Assembly (NCBI RefSeq): GCF_006345805.1
Contig: NC_043018.1
Location: forward strand, 3,038,001 to 3,102,000
DNA: 64,000 bases
From: Octopus sinensis
Taxonomy: Eukaryota
Reading direction: 5' to 3'
Part shown: positions 26,468 through 40,851 of the stretch, in pieces
How the letters are laid out: the number at the start of each line of letters is the position of its first letter
Numbering within the stretch: position 1 is the stretch's first letter
Notes under the pieces: model-generated
Seen by the model: only the letters and a program-made list of their open reading frames with translations
Told to the model about the DNA's origin: nothing
The model's database searches: none
Translations under genes and position numbers: made by a program

Positions 26468-26502
26468 TCTAATAAAATATTCAATTTGTATCCTATTATT
26501 TA

Positions 26503-26537
<35 letters not shown>

Positions 26538-27027
26538 CCGGGAATTTCACCGACCTTCAAACTATTATGTTGACTGAGTACGTCAATATGACATATCATA
26601 TTTTTGTTTTGGGGGTTTCTAAGATGTTTTTATTTTTTTCTAAATCAGCACGTCATGATCGATTTGCTGATATCATACACTCAACCATCCATGCATACAT
26701 GTGTGTTGTGTATTTGCGTTCTTATATTCTTCTTTCATCTATGAACACTTAATAACCGTCATTGAATTCTTTCGAGTTGTGTCATGGCAGTTCGATCGCA
26801 AAAGATGTGATAGAAAAATTATCAGATTTAAAACAACAAGTATTGAGTACTATGTAGGATTTGATAGTCCCCAAATAATTCAAAGTGGTGCTCCAGCATG
26901 GCAGCACACACTCTAAGAAAGCCAAGTAATGAATAATATAGTATATCATGTACATACATAGAAACATACACACACGCACACACATACACACACATGAACA
27001 CATACACCCACCACACGAACGTACCCC

Positions 27028-27076
<49 letters not shown>

Positions 27077-27085
27077 AAACGTACC

Positions 27086-27143
<58 letters not shown>

Positions 27144-27391
27144 TAGATATATTAATATATTTATATATATGCAAACTTTTGCACAAACTTGCAACATGCG
27201 CCCTTCTATATATATATATATGTGGCATAAATTTATGTAAGTTTGTGTGTGTCTCTGTGTGTATATACATATATATATATATATATATCTCATATATATA
27301 ATTACATAATATATATTATATATATTATATATATCTATATATTAGTATATGTACATATACATATATAGTATATGTATATATATATTATATA

Positions 27392-27507
<116 letters not shown>

Positions 27508-27978
27508 TATTATTTATTCTTGTGTGTATGTTGTTGTACGCGAGTGTTAATGAAGTTATCCTCTTCATGGAAGCTATTTTTTTCTTCTTCAAAGCGAACA
27601 TCGTGTAATATCGGAATGCGTCAATGCATACATAATGAGATTATATCCATTGTAATTTATTTTGTGTTATTTATTATGATGTACTGGATGTTATTTTCTT
27701 CACATACACACACACAAACACACATACACATACACATTCATATACGCACACATTTACACCCAATCTGAAACAGACAGACATACATACACGCGCACACACA
27801 CATATTATATTATTATATATATATATATATAGTATATATATATATATATATATATACGTAATTTACGCTTATATATGTATATATGGCATCAATACGTATG
27901 TAACTATTTCTAGTGTATGTACTTTCCTACATGTATGTGTATATGTATATATATGTATGGGGTTTTGTATGTATATGG

Positions 27979-28020
<42 letters not shown>

Positions 28021-28384
28021 TCACATACGCCAATATATATTATATATATATATATAATATATGTATGTATAATATTATATATGTGTGTGTGTGTGTGCAT
28101 GTTATGTATGTATATATTTTCATATATCTGTACGTTCTTGTCTATGCATGTATGTATGTATATATTCATGCGTTTATCCAAAATTACAATAGAAGCTGAA
28201 AAATGCCTCGTACTATCCCCCACCACTACCATCGTCATCACCTCTTCCTCCAACACCACCACAAACACAACCAACACCACCGCCACATCCACCAGCCTCA
28301 CCACCACCCTACTATTACAGAAAACTGAAGTAAATGCCAAAACTGTTGCCAATACAAAACGTGTTAGGAAATTAAATAGTTCAA

Positions 28385-28978
28385 AGTTGAACTGCAGCAG
28401 TTGTTGTTGTTGTTGTTGCCGTCGTAGCTGCTGCTGCTGCTGCTGCTGTTGTTTTCTCGCTACAATTTTGATATCTGATGATGTTGCTTTTTAATTTTTG
28501 CTTTTGCTGCCGTTGTTGTTTTTCGTATTGTTGCATATGTCGTTGCTGCTGTGTTTGGCTTGGCTCTCACTCATGCTCATGATAATAATGTTGATTTTAG
28601 TTCGTATAATCTTCTTCTTCTTCTTCTTCTTCTTCTTCTTCTTCTTCTTCTTCTTCTTCTTCTTCTTCTTCTTCTTCTTCTTTTACCCCCTTCTTCTTCT
28701 TCTTCTTCTTCTTCTCCTTCTTCTTTTTCTTCTCCTTCTTCTTCTTCTCCTTCTTCTTTTTCTTCTCCTTCTTCTTCTCTTCTTCTTCTTCTTCTTCTTC
28801 TTCTTCTTCTTCTTCTTCGTCTTCTTTTCCTCCTCCTCCTCCTCCTCTTTGCCATCGTCCTTTTATCGCACCCTCCCAGCGCCTTATTTTCTTCATTTTC
28901 CGTTTTCATTTTTTCCATATTCTTTTACTTCTTTTCCTTCACCTCCTCCTTTGCTTCCTGCTTCTTCTTATTGTTATT

Positions 28979-29013
<35 letters not shown>

Positions 29014-29140
29014 GCTACTACTACTACTATTACTAATACTACCACCACCACTACTACTAATAATAATAATAATAATGATAATAATAATAATAACAATACT
29101 AATAATAATAATAATAATAATAATAGTAATAATAATACTA
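28385..29140. repeat. Compound trinucleotide region: (TGT/TGC)n, (CTT)n at 28610-28850, (ACT)n, (AAT)n
   Basis: Direct reading. Confidence 0.93.
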
Positions 29141-29599
29141 TTGCTATAACGATGTCTTCTATTAATATTAATACTACTAGTACTACTACGTTTACTTCCT
29201 TTTCTTTGTCTTCTGTTTACTGACTTTGTGGCAAGATCGAATCAAATTGCACAAATACAATATATATACATAGATACATACATTACATACATACATACAT
29301 ACATACATAATATTATATTATATATATATATATATTATATATATATATATATATAATATTATATATATAATTATATTTAAAATAAATTGATACTCATAAC
29401 AATAATATCACCGCAAAGAATAACGATAAAATGAAGGCTAAAATTAAATGAAGAATACTAATAGTAATCGAACGATAATAATTATGATAGAAATGGCAAG
29501 TTAATTGAATATAGAACGAAGGTCAAAGCGATTTGAATATGTATGGACTGCAACAAGTCAAGTTAAGAACATGATGGCCTACGATGCTGAGAGAAATTC

Positions 29600-29990
29600 A
29601 TGCATTCATGGATTGGTGCTACCCAACAAGGCAATTTCTGCGAGATTAACATCCGGTCCTTAGTTTCTCGAACCTTCCACGTTGTCTTCTATTATTGTGG
29701 CCCTTTAACTTAAACATCCTCACCAACATTGTGGGTGCCACTATTTTCTCTCTTCTCTCCCGTGTTTTCTACCCAGTGTGTATCTAACTCAAAATTATTG
29801 CATTAAATAAAACTTTATATCTGTCCCTTCCAGCATTATTACACAGACCATCAGTTGAAGCCTATAAAGCCAGCGGCTCAAATATTGTCTCATATATAAC
29901 TTTCCCAATTGCAGAGCGAGCCCCGCATTTCGTTGAAACTTTTCAGACTTTCTTTCGTTATAATGATACGTCCCTATATATGGGATCATG
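29600..29990 (-). mobile_element. Degenerate RTE-like LINE relic
   Basis: KSFNEMRGSLCN and GKVIYETIFEPLAL resemble the RTE post-RT motifs ELSGVLCD and KGKVYKTVVRPALLYG. Confidence 0.35.
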
Positions 29991-30059
29991 CTTGAGTATG
30001 CCCCTTCCCATCAAGGACTATTATTTTCACCAAAATTCTGCCTATCGTATTCACAATAT

Positions 30060-30250
30060 ATCGGTTTCAAATTTATCGGCACAAATCCAGCAGTTTCGGG
30101 ACAGAGGGTAAGCCGATCACATCGACCCCTGTGCTCCACTAGTACTAATTTTATAGATCCTGAAAAGATGAAAGGCAAAACCAACCTTGGCGGAATTTGA
30201 ACTCGGAACGTAAGCGTGGAAGAAATACTGCTAAGCATCTTGTTGCCGCC
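30060..30250 (-). mobile_element. Family-A SINE
   Basis: GATGAAAGGCAAAACCAACCTTGGCGGAATTTGAACTC..GAAATACTGCTAAGCAT. Confidence 0.75.
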
Positions 30251-30777
30251 TTCGTACTGAAGATATATTTAGAAACAAAACTTAAAATATGCGATGGAAA
30301 ACCATTAACAACAACATTCAGTAATCCTTTGAAATATCTCCTCATTTGGTGACTCAATGTATGGCTTTCGTAACGACAGATCTCCTAGAAATTTAGTTTT
30401 CATTATTAATCAACAGTGTCGTCGATATTTTTGCTGGAGGCAGTGTTTATGAACTTAATTCATACAAAGTTGTCGATTGTATCTGATAAGCAAATATTTC
30501 TGGTAAGAAAATATCTTTAATGGTTTCCAACACTCCGTTGTATTTGGTGAGAAAACACTTTCTCAGCTGACAGAACTCTTTTCGACGTACATACTTTTCA
30601 CTCTCTTGTGCCAGAGGCTTTGATTCATCATGTTATAAAATATATCGACTTTCTGTCCGTCAGCTTCAGTACTATCTCCTTACATGTCTGTTATAACAAT
30701 TTAAACTCTTTATTTATGCTCCTAATCTCGCGCATCATGTACAAGCAACCAAAAAATCTCAGATCAAATCTACATTG

Positions 30778-31156
30778 TTGAAATTGAAACTGGCAAAATG
30801 TGGAACCTGAAGACGAAAACAATACCTGTTGTAATATGTGCCCTAAGAATGATAGCAAAATGGGCTGACTGCTACCTAGCTCAAATACCAGGAACCTCAA
30901 AATGGTAGAAATTCAAAAGATAACGCTCATTAAACTTCCCATGTCCTACGTAAAATACTGTCAGTGTAATCTCAAATTTTTAAACACACTCATAATTTTC
31001 TCGTTTTTCTTAAACATTCTCTAGAACAATTCTTTGTACAAAACCAAATATATGACCCTTTATGCATAATGCCAACTTGAATTTCTAACTTGTTGTCTCT
31101 TGAGGTCTCTGGGTGAGACATGGTGTCAACGGGTTAAGCAAAAGTCAAATATAAAA
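30778..31156 (+). mobile_element. R4/Dong-clade non-LTR retrotransposon 3' end (RLE C-terminus and 3' UTR)
   Basis: EIETGKMWNLKTKTIPVVICAL..EIQKI..HVLRKILSV*, then a UTR ending in TAA repeats. Confidence 0.75.
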
Positions 31157-31338
31157 TAATAATAATTATAATTACAAATATCATTTGAAGTTGAATGTCT
31201 CCCACAATAATTAACAACCAAATATCAAATATAATATCGTGCGAAAAGAGACCCTGTGAGACATCTTACGGCAGGCTGCTGTCAGCTCTTACAGATTATA
31301 CCAGAACAAACAAGACCGATCATTCTGAGAAGTAAAGC

Positions 31339-31396
<58 letters not shown>

Positions 31397-31411
31397 TTAT
31401 AATAATAATAA

Positions 31412-31610
31412 TATAAGCACAAGGTCTGAAATTTGGGGGTGGGAGATAGTCGATTACATCGACTCCAGTGTGCCACTGGTACTTAATTTACCGACTCCGA
31501 AGAACGAAATGCAAAGTCAACCTCGGCGGAATTTGAACTCAGAACAGCGGCAGACGAAATACCGCTAAACCTTTCGCCTATCATGCTAACTATTCTTCCA
31601 GCTCTCCGCC

Positions 31611-31612
<2 letters not shown>
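31412..31612 (-). mobile_element. Family-A SINE monomer flanked by (TAA)n arrays
   Basis: Head, central domain and tail all recognisable; (TAA)n at 31339-31411 and 31612-31678. Confidence 0.88.
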
Positions 31613-31670
<58 letters not shown>

Positions 31671-31683
31671 GTAATAATTAAAG

Positions 31684-32235
31684 TTGTGAAAGTGAAAATC
31701 TTGTGCAGAAAGAGTGCAAGCGTAGACACGACAAGGTAAACCAAAACCTCCACTGGCTACTATGCCTTAAGTATGGATATGAAGTTACGGGTGCTTGCTA
31801 ACAACATACACCGAAAACGGTAATGGACGAAAAGGGGAAGGTAAAAATCCTGTGGGACTTTGATTTCCAGACAGACAAAGTATTAGAGCACCGAAGGCAG
31901 GATATAGTAACCTTTAAAAGGGAAAGACAAGAGTACCTAATAATTGACGTGAAGTGCCAGGAGATCAACATATCATCATGAAAGGAAGAGAAAAAGTTGA
32001 TAAATATGGCGACCAGAGAATTGAGATCGCTAAGATGTGGCAGCTACGAGAGTCAAACATAAAGGTTATCCCCTCCTCATCGGGGCATGGGGTTCAATAC
32101 AACACAATCTGAAAAATAGAAAAGGCATCTGAAAACTTTAGAAATACCCTACAATCAAATGTCGGTATAACTTAGATTTGCACGTATATTACGTAGTGTC
32201 TCTCTGAGGTCCTTGTTGTGACTTGACAAACAGTA
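31684..32235 (+). mobile_element. R4/Dong-clade non-LTR 3' fragment (second family), degenerate
   Basis: KRRHDKVNQNLHWLLCLKYG..HTPKTV..KILWDFDFQTDKVLEHRRQDIV..LIIDV..EKVDKYGDQRIEIAKMW, the typical RHD/PD..D restriction-like endonuclease region; starts right after (TAA)n. Confidence 0.85.
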
Positions 32236-32236
32236 C

Positions 32237-32691
32237 ATACTCTGGGATATGCCAATACACACAGATAGAGAAATTAAGGCCAACAGACCAGATATAGTTG
32301 TCAGAGATCACCAAGAAAAATGCTTTCTAATTGATGTATCAATACCGGCAGATGACAACGTGTCTCTAAAAGAAATGGAGAAACTCTCAAAATACAAAGA
32401 CCTGGAAATAGAGGTAACCAGAATGTGGAATCTAAAAACAGAAACAATTCCTATTATAGTAGGTGCATTAGGCATGATAAAAAAATATTCAGACAAATGC
32501 ATAACAAAAACACCAGGACTTACAAACACATATAACATACAGAAAATTGCACTACTAGGCACTGCACACATTCTACGCAGAACACTTTTCAATACAGTAA
32601 CCATCAGAGCATCACAAAAATCACAGCACATACCCAAGCACACAGAGCTGCGCTCGGTAGTGAAGTGAAAGCACGTTAAAAAATAAAACTA

Positions 32692-32694
<3 letters not shown>
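32237..32694 (+). mobile_element. R4/Dong-clade non-LTR 3' end (third family), well preserved RLE domain
   Basis: ILWDMPIHTDREIKANRPDIVV..FLIDVSIPADDNVSLKEMEKLSKYKDLEIEVTRMW..IPIIVGALG..IQKIALLGTAHILRR; followed directly by (AAT)n. Confidence 0.92.
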
Positions 32695-32742
<48 letters not shown>

Positions 32743-32788
32743 TAATAATAATAATAATAGTAATAATAATAATAATAATAATATAAAT

Positions 32789-32827
<39 letters not shown>

Positions 32828-32852
32828 TAATAATAATAATAATATAATAATA

Positions 32853-33339
32853 CATTGGTTTTGTCTTGGTATAAAGATGGGCTACAGCAAATATTCTGCT
32901 CATACCACAGATTTGCTTGTCAGTTGTTTTGACCTTAACCAGTTGAGCATGTCCCTTAGTGGCTGACGATATGTGCATCTCTGATCACGAGCAGAAGTAG
33001 TGGGGGGGTATCATCATAGCCATGTGTTGAGAGGGATTCTTTGGGATTTGAATAGTTCACCTCTGGAAACATGGGTGGTTCTTTCAACATCCTTAAACAA
33101 CCCTTATTCAGGGACCGTTTGAGCAGGATGGGCTACTCAAAATGAAGAAAATTCTAACTGGGTCCCACCTGCAAGGTCATGTGCTGTTTATCTTGATATG
33201 AGTTCACCATGTCGCGCACATATGGTTGTGATGCATGTGCCTAGTATACCCTTATCAGACGGGCAGTCATGATGGGTATATTGGGCTTCGTATATTTTAC
33301 CCCAGTGTCATTTTGAAGGCATGAACTGCGCTCTCACTC
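32853..33339 (+). mobile_element. Non-coding ~490-bp (TAA)n-associated retroposon (family D)
   Basis: Flanked by TAA arrays; the same 3' end CTCTCACTC-(AAT)n as the copy at 33383 and a near-identical end in the copy at 40852. Confidence 0.8.
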
Positions 33340-33382
<43 letters not shown>

Positions 33383-33485
33383 GTACCTGGTGTACCCTTA
33401 TCAGACTGGTAGTCATGATGGGTATATTGGGCTTCGTATATTTTACCCCAGTGTCACTTTGATGGCATGAACTGCTCTCTCACTC
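33383..33485 (+). mobile_element. 5'-truncated family-D copy
   Basis: Near-identical to the last ~100 bp of 32853-33339; between TAA arrays. Confidence 0.85.
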
Positions 33486-33542
<57 letters not shown>

Positions 33543-34392
33543 GATATCAGCGTTAGGTTAAATTCGATTCTTTCGTTTATCCTTGCAACACGTAGCATTG
33601 GTTCTGAAATTGTTTACCCCTAACAAAGAGGAAAAAGTATTTTATAAATAATTTCACACAATTGACCTTCTGACAACCAAGAGGTCAATATGATAAGTTC
33701 GAGATTAAAAATGAATCGACAAAATGTCTTTTGATATTATTCTGTTGTTGATTCAAAGACGCCATTGACTGAGAGTGAGAGACTGACCCCTTCAGTTCAT
33801 ATTTTACTTTTTTCTTCCCTCTGAATCCGCTTTGATCTGATTGATACAAGAGGGACATTGATCAGTATGTAAATATAAACATACGATATTTTATTACAAA
33901 GTTATTGTTGATTACCTGCCTTGAATTAGTGCCAATACAGTGACCACAAATGTACAAGTTTCGTATGAAATATGTATATGAATGTGTGTATGTGTGTGTG
34001 TGTGTGTAGTGTGTGTGTGTGTGTGTGTGTGTGTGTTGTGTGTGTGTGTGTGTGTGTGTGCATGTGTGCGAGAGCGTGAAGCGTTGTGGCTAGAGTATAC
34101 GGGTCCTTCTTCAAAAGACGTGAGCTCAATACGTAAAACAACCATTATGTTAGAGTCTGGAATGAGACAGTTCATTTCAGTTTGTTTCATTTTAATCAAC
34201 TGATTAAAACGAGTTATGCTGCTTGTCTCTCTTTCCCAGGAGTCACACTGAGTGTGTTATTCTGGTGAAGTTGTGGAGTTTGGTGCAAATCGTTACTATG
34301 AAATACCACGATTATATTAGGCAACTAAAATAAGTTGCGAAGTTATCTTGTATGCTGTCAACTCATAAAACCCCGACAATGAAATTTGTAGC

Positions 34393-34423
<31 letters not shown>

Positions 34424-34557
34424 ACGCACGCAAACACACATACGCACAACCATAAACATGCACACACACACACATATTTGCTTGCAAACACACACATACA
34501 CATACACAGCTTCCTTCAGGGACAGATAAATCTATAAACTATAGCATGCAAATTTTA

Positions 34558-34693
34558 TTTTCTACTCTAGGCAGAAGGGCTGAAATGTTGGGGGGATGGT
34601 GGGGCAGTCTATTAGATCGACCCCAGTACACAACTGGTACTTAATTTATCAGCCCCGAAATGATGAAAGGTGAAGTCGACCACGGCAGAATTT
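34558..34693 (-). mobile_element. Family-A SINE, 3' half
   Basis: TTCTACTCTAGGCA..GATCGACCCCAGTACACAACTGGTACTTAATTTATC..GTCGACCACGGCAGAATTT. Confidence 0.8.
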
Positions 34694-34854
34694 ATAGTAT
34701 GCAAATATTGAGTTAAAAATCATTTTTATAGAAAAGTCGAAGGTTACCCGTTTAAAGAGGACGTCGCATTTAGAAGAGATGTGAGTTCGTGTCCCATAAG
34801 CAACATAGCATTTTCCCAATCCGAACGGTGTTTAACCCAACATTTGCACACTAA

Positions 34855-35072
34855 GTCGGTGAGATAGCAGAATCTGTAGCACGCCGAGCAGAGTTGTTTA
34901 GAGGCAATTCGTCCACTTATGTGTTCTGAGTTCAAATTCTGCCGAGGTCGGTTTTGCCTTTTATCCTTTGGACGTCGATAAAACAAGTACCAGTTGAGTA
35001 TTAGGGTTGATCTGATGAGCTAGCCTCCTACAACTACAAGTTTAAGGCCCTGTGCGTACAGTAGAAGGGGTT
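34855..35072 (+). mobile_element. Family-A SINE
   Basis: GTTCTGAGTTCAAATTCTGCCGAGGTCGGTTTTGCCTTTTATCC..GTACCAGTTG..GGCCCTGTGCGTACAGTAGAA. Confidence 0.8.
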
Positions 35073-35272
35073 ATTTATAATTTTTCTGCTTCGTGTTCAA
35101 CCGTTCTGATGCAGAAATATTTCCCGTTCACTCGATGTTTATAAATTCTTATGATGTTCACACAATACATGTATACATCCGCACACACACATGAATATAT
35201 AAAGGATCAGGATCAAAGTTCCCTCCACAGTCATAGGGTCCCAAAGACATCTTTCCAAATTTTCTAGCATAT

Positions 35273-35311
<39 letters not shown>

Positions 35312-35381
35312 CATACATACATACACATATATACATACGTACATACATACATATATACACATACATATATTTATATCTATG

Positions 35382-35412
<31 letters not shown>

Positions 35413-36527
35413 GTATGTATGTATATAAGCATATATGCATATATCGTACGATTGCTTATTTTTTTTCCAGCTGAGAGGACTGGAGAAACATGAAATGAAC
35501 TGTTGAGTTGAAAAGTTTTCCACGATTCAAATCCACAATATTAAGGTGATTAAAACACTAAGCGTTAAATAAAATTAAGCCACGTACCTCCAGATATGTC
35601 AATATGCGTAGATATAAATCGTATCTTTCACTTTATGTGAAAATGATATTTGTATGATATTTGTATGAAACTTTTGCTAAATATTCTTTGAGGAAATAGT
35701 AACGATCTTTGCTGAATTATAGTAAAAAAAAGTTCAAAAAACAATCAAAATTATATTTCTGCAGAAAACATCCGAGGTTTTTCATTCTTACGTGCTGCAT
35801 GTCTTAAAATATAATCTTTAGCTTTAATTTTGGCCTTTATGATAGCCGTCTTGAGATTTTTGTTCTGCCTCAAATAAACTTTCGTGAAAGTATAATTCCT
35901 AAACTGGTTCATTTTGCAAATATTATATAATTAATGCGCTGCTTACTGTTTCAAGTGAGTAACAATTCTGATAACATATCCTTTCACTCAAACGTCAAGA
36001 AACTGCGTTATATTTGTGTTTTTCCACCACCTTTTGTGGAAGCAATCCGTTTGTCTCTCGTTTTTAAACCGTCTAAAATCTTCCAAAGAAGGCAGATTTT
36101 TTTTATATCAGTGTCACAATTATAATGACAGGGTGAAATTAGAAGGATAGATGAAATCTTGGAATTTTGCCATGACTAGAACTTCAGCAAAGGTTAGAGT
36201 AAGCTCTTATGAAAGTGGAATAAATAATAGTTATAAGTAAATATATATATATTAAAATCAATCAAAGGACATAGTCAGTATGTCTACTTGCTGGAAATAA
36301 CAGTCAAAACACTTATTTTAATCGCCAAAATATACTGACAATAACTACAGAAATTAACCGTCCGAAAGCAAACGGGCTGAGACAATATCCCAGCATATAT
36401 TCAAGAATTTGGATTCACGTGAACCGGTTTCCGGACTGGCATAATAACCTCACCTTCCTCAGCACACATTACCATGATAGAGAGCGCCAACCCGTATGCG
36501 TATATGCGAGTATGTATGTATGATGAT

Positions 36528-36940
36528 GTAGCTGTGTGGTAAGAAGCTTACTTTCTAACCACATGGTTTCGGGCTCAGTTCCAATGTGTGGCACCTTGGG
36601 CAAGTGTCTTCTACTGTAGCCTCGGGTCGACCAAAGCTTTGTGAGTGGATTTGGTCGTGAGAAACTAAAAGAAGCCTGCCGTATATGTGTATATGTGTAT
36701 ATATTTGTGCGTGTGTGCCTCTTTTTCTGTCTCTCCCACACCACCATTGCTTGACAACCAATGTTAGTGTATTCAAGTCCCCGTATCTTAGTGGGCTGTC
36801 GAAATGGACCGATAAAATAAGTCCTAGGCTTACAAAAAGTATGTCCTGGGGTCGAATTCCTCGACTAAACCCTTTAAGGTAGCGCTCCAGCATGGGCACA
36901 GACAAGGGACTGAAATGTGTAAAAGAATAAAAGAATAAAA
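36528..36940 (+). mobile_element. Family-C SINE
   Basis: GCTGTGTGGTAAGAAGCTT..GGCACCTTGGGCAAGTGTCTT..internal TG-rich run..GCTCCAGCATGG..(AAAAGAAT)2 tail. Confidence 0.9.
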
Positions 36941-38529
36941 CATATATGTGTGTGTGTGAGCATGTGCGTGTGTGTACATATCAATATGTATATAATATAT
37001 ATATTGTGTATGTATATATATCTATATTTATATATATATAATATATATATATATATATAATATATATATATAATATATATATATATATTATATATAATAT
37101 ATATATGTATATATATGTATTTGTGTATGTATATATATATATTTATATGTTATTATATTATATATATGTATGTATGTATATATGTAAGTATATATATTGA
37201 TATGTGCATATTTATAAGTATGTATGTATACATACATACACATATGCTTGAGTCTGTATGTATATATGTATACACACACGTATGCATGCGTATAAACATA
37301 TCTACATACATATGCACATACATGTACAAGCACATATGTTTGCTGGCCGAAAACAACACCTCATTAGGAATAACATTAATTTAGATTTTGCTTGGCCCTT
37401 GTAGACCTGCCGGTCACCAGTTCTGACAGCTCAAAGAATGGTATTTTATGCTTCAGAAACAATTTATCGAATTTACAGCGTCAAATATAGATCTGCTCTA
37501 TTTAGAGTCCGTTCACTATGATTACTGACCAACACCAAAATACATTTCTATATTTCTACATTTGTAAAAGTACTTGCATTCTTAATGAAACTAGTTGGGA
37601 TTGCTATTATTATTACCATTACTGAATCCATATTACCGATATTGGCAGCGTCGAAGAATTTTATCATCGTTAACCAGATGGGGTATCGAAGTTATTTGTT
37701 TCTCTTGGTTTTCATCAGTCCATACCACTGAATAATTTTTCTCTATTTTTTAAGTTTTCATTTTTATTGCCATTTTTTATATTCCAGTTTTTATGTTGTT
37801 GTTGTTGTTGCTGTTGTAGTTGTTGTTGCTATATTTTATTTGTGTGCTGATTTGTGCGAGCAAATTCAGAAATAACCAAATGGATATATTATCGAACACT
37901 CTGGATAATCAATTGTGATTGTTATTTCTAGTAACTAGTTACTTTTGATGTTGCTGTTGCTCCTGCTGTTGTTGGTGTTGCTATTGCTGCTGTTGCTGCT
38001 GCAGCAGCTTTTGTTGGTCTTGGTCTTTTGTTAGTGTTGTTGTTGTTGTGACGGTTGGTCACCAAATCAGCACTAATCAACACGGTACAACATCACAAGC
38101 ATTTCATAATGAACAATGTACATGATGGTCTCAACCGGAATATATGATTCCCACTGAAATCACAAATTTTTTATATTCAAAAGTAAAACTTGTCCTTCAT
38201 CCATATTGCACGAAAAAAAACGAGAAGGTCTCGGTTGGGATATCATATTCATTATTCTGTCAATGTAGACTCGTTTGAAGACAGGGATTTGGACATTTTT
38301 ACTTCAACATCTTCTATATACTTTTGTAACTTCATTTTCTAAGACGGTGTGATGTTAGGGATATTACAACTTGACTGCTAGTATTCCCCTGAATACTAGT
38401 ATTCCATAGAACCTTCAATTAGACTTGTTCCCAACTGATTCTAATTGTTGTTACTATGAATTTAGCTTTCTTTTAGCGAAGATGCATGGAATTGCATAAT
38501 CAAAGTCAACTTTATCCAAGTGGCACCAG

Positions 38530-39136
38530 TTTCAAAACAGTCCCTTGCTTTCGTCTTGGCGGCCTGGAGCACTGTTATCTCTTCCTCGTTACCAAGCAAG
38601 ACTGCGGCTACTATCCAAGCCACGTCGACGTCTGGGGGAGGGATTCCTTCTACGTTGACCCTTATAGCTCTCCTTCCACCATATATTGGCAGCATCACTA
38701 CTTCCTCGTTCTTTAATATTGTTGACGAGTTCAAACTTGCACTGCCTACATCATTAAATTGGATTTTAATTGTACCAAATTCACTGCCTCTTGTTAAATA
38801 CCTAATATCCTTCCATACGGGCCTTAGTACATTTTCCACTTGGGTCGTCGTCATCTCTTTAATTCTTCCTTCGGCTACTGAGTGTGTTTAATACACTATC
38901 GTATATCTTGTTATTTTATCAATTATCTCCATTTGACGCGTTTACTTCCACCTTTGTTCTGTCCTTTTTTAAATCATTTTAGAGTATTTCTTCCAGTCTT
39001 CCAAATCCACATTATTTTCTGATACCTTAACCACTTCTCCGAAGCTTCTTTCCTTCCCGTTAGCCCATGAAGTGTCCGTTTGCTCAGAATCGGACACCTC
39101 AGTGTATCTGTTATCAGACGAGCTGATTTCTTCCAT
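38530..39136 (-). pseudogene. ORF1/gag-like relic, possibly the 5' part of an L1/Tx1-type non-LTR element
   Basis: A complex (non-repetitive) peptide across two ORFs: MEEISSSD..SFGEVVK..YLTRGSEFGTIKIQF..LPIYGGRRAIRVNVEGIPPPDVDVAWIV, with SF..VV and V.V.GIP motifs resembling ORF1; interrupted by stops; no ORF2 nearby. Confidence 0.45.
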
Positions 39137-40491
39137 TTTTTCCTTTTGCTTACGTTCCTGTATGAGGAGGGAAAGCACAACTAGCCTGCCACAAGGCAGC
39201 GAAAACCAGAGTGTTCAAAGAACAGCCAAGATTCAGATTCACATTGCAGCGGGCCTTAAGTTTTTTTTTAAATCCTGTTAAAGAAAGTGGAAGACCGGGC
39301 CTCCAACAGCCAATAACTTTTCACCATCCCCTGGTATGTATTTGCCGATCGAGAAACTCCTTCCAAATTATACGCAATTGTCTAAAGAACAGGAGAATTA
39401 TGCGAAGCCTTATTGTCCTTGTTCCTAACTTGTATAAAATCACAAGATTCTCATGGCTCGAACAGTTTTGAGTAGAAGGCTACTCGGCCAGTGCTGGCTT
39501 GGAGCTATGCAGTAAAGAAACCAATTTAAAAAAAGATAGAAGTTAAACCACGATAACTACAGTAATCTCAGAGCAATAAACCTGAAGAACAAAACTAATT
39601 AGAACTTTGCAATAGAAACTGGCAACATTAATTACAGCCATGAAAATGCCACAAGACATTTTAAATGAAGCTCTAATGATTCTGTCCATCGCTCTGCACG
39701 GTATTACTCAAGTGTCACCAATTTGAGCATTAAGTGTCATTACCTTGAGCTCCATGAGATTGCTATTATTTTCATTATTACAGTAGTTTCAAGAAAACCA
39801 TTGTCATTAGACATAACGTTGCATTTCGCGTATTGATTGTCACCAATCTCACGCTCTGCCTTATGAATGTACCATGGTCTTAAAATTTACCAGTGGATCA
39901 GTATTTCGTCTCTTGGTATTGTTGTAGATTTTAGCCTCATTATTGGGTGATGATAATGTGATAATTGGTAGGATTAAACTATAATTAAGCAAATGCTGTA
40001 ATTGCTATCAGAAATAAATACGAAGAGAATGAGGTCCATGACAGGAGAGGCTGGTACTCTGAGTAAAGGAGATATATTCAGAATGAAGAATAATCGTAAA
40101 TAAAGACTATATACATACATACATGTGTACTTACAGACAGAGAAGCATACATGCATACATTTTGCATTGAATTAAAAAGTAATAATTGACGAAAGCCAAT
40201 TGTCGTTGATCAATATTTCTCCATTGTCTGTTTACTTTAGATTTGATTCCTGATAAACTCATATTTATCTTTGTCATCACTTGTAACCTATGAGCATAAT
40301 ATGCTTGCATATGTATGCACAGAGTTAATATATGTAATTATACCGGTAGTGTAACAGATACTGTTATCCCTTAGACGGTTTTTCAAACTTTAACTCTACT
40401 AACCTTATATATATATATGTGTGTGTATGTGTGTGTGTGTATGTACGTATGTATGTATGTATGTATGTATGTATGTATGTATGTATGTATG

Positions 40492-40538
<47 letters not shown>

Positions 40539-40798
40539 TTTACTATGTTCGTGTTCTTATCATTTACTAGAAATACTAGATTTCTACAATCTGCCTAGAT
40601 TGTCATGTCTTTCCTTGTATCCTTTCTGACCAATATGCTACATTCTCTTACTATATGAGTAACGCTTTCCTCCTTTGATTTGCATAATCTACATTGGGAA
40701 TCTACACGGATTTTGTCTATCTTGGCTTTTATTAAATTAGTTATTAATACTTGATCTTTTGCAGCTACTTATAAAAGAAACCATTATAATAAATGAAC

Positions 40799-40850
<52 letters not shown>

Positions 40851-40851
40851 T

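Noticed and set aside
34105-34140. Possible fourth copy of the hammerhead-like motif
   Set aside because: Core positions are too degenerate and the flanks do not match the repeat.
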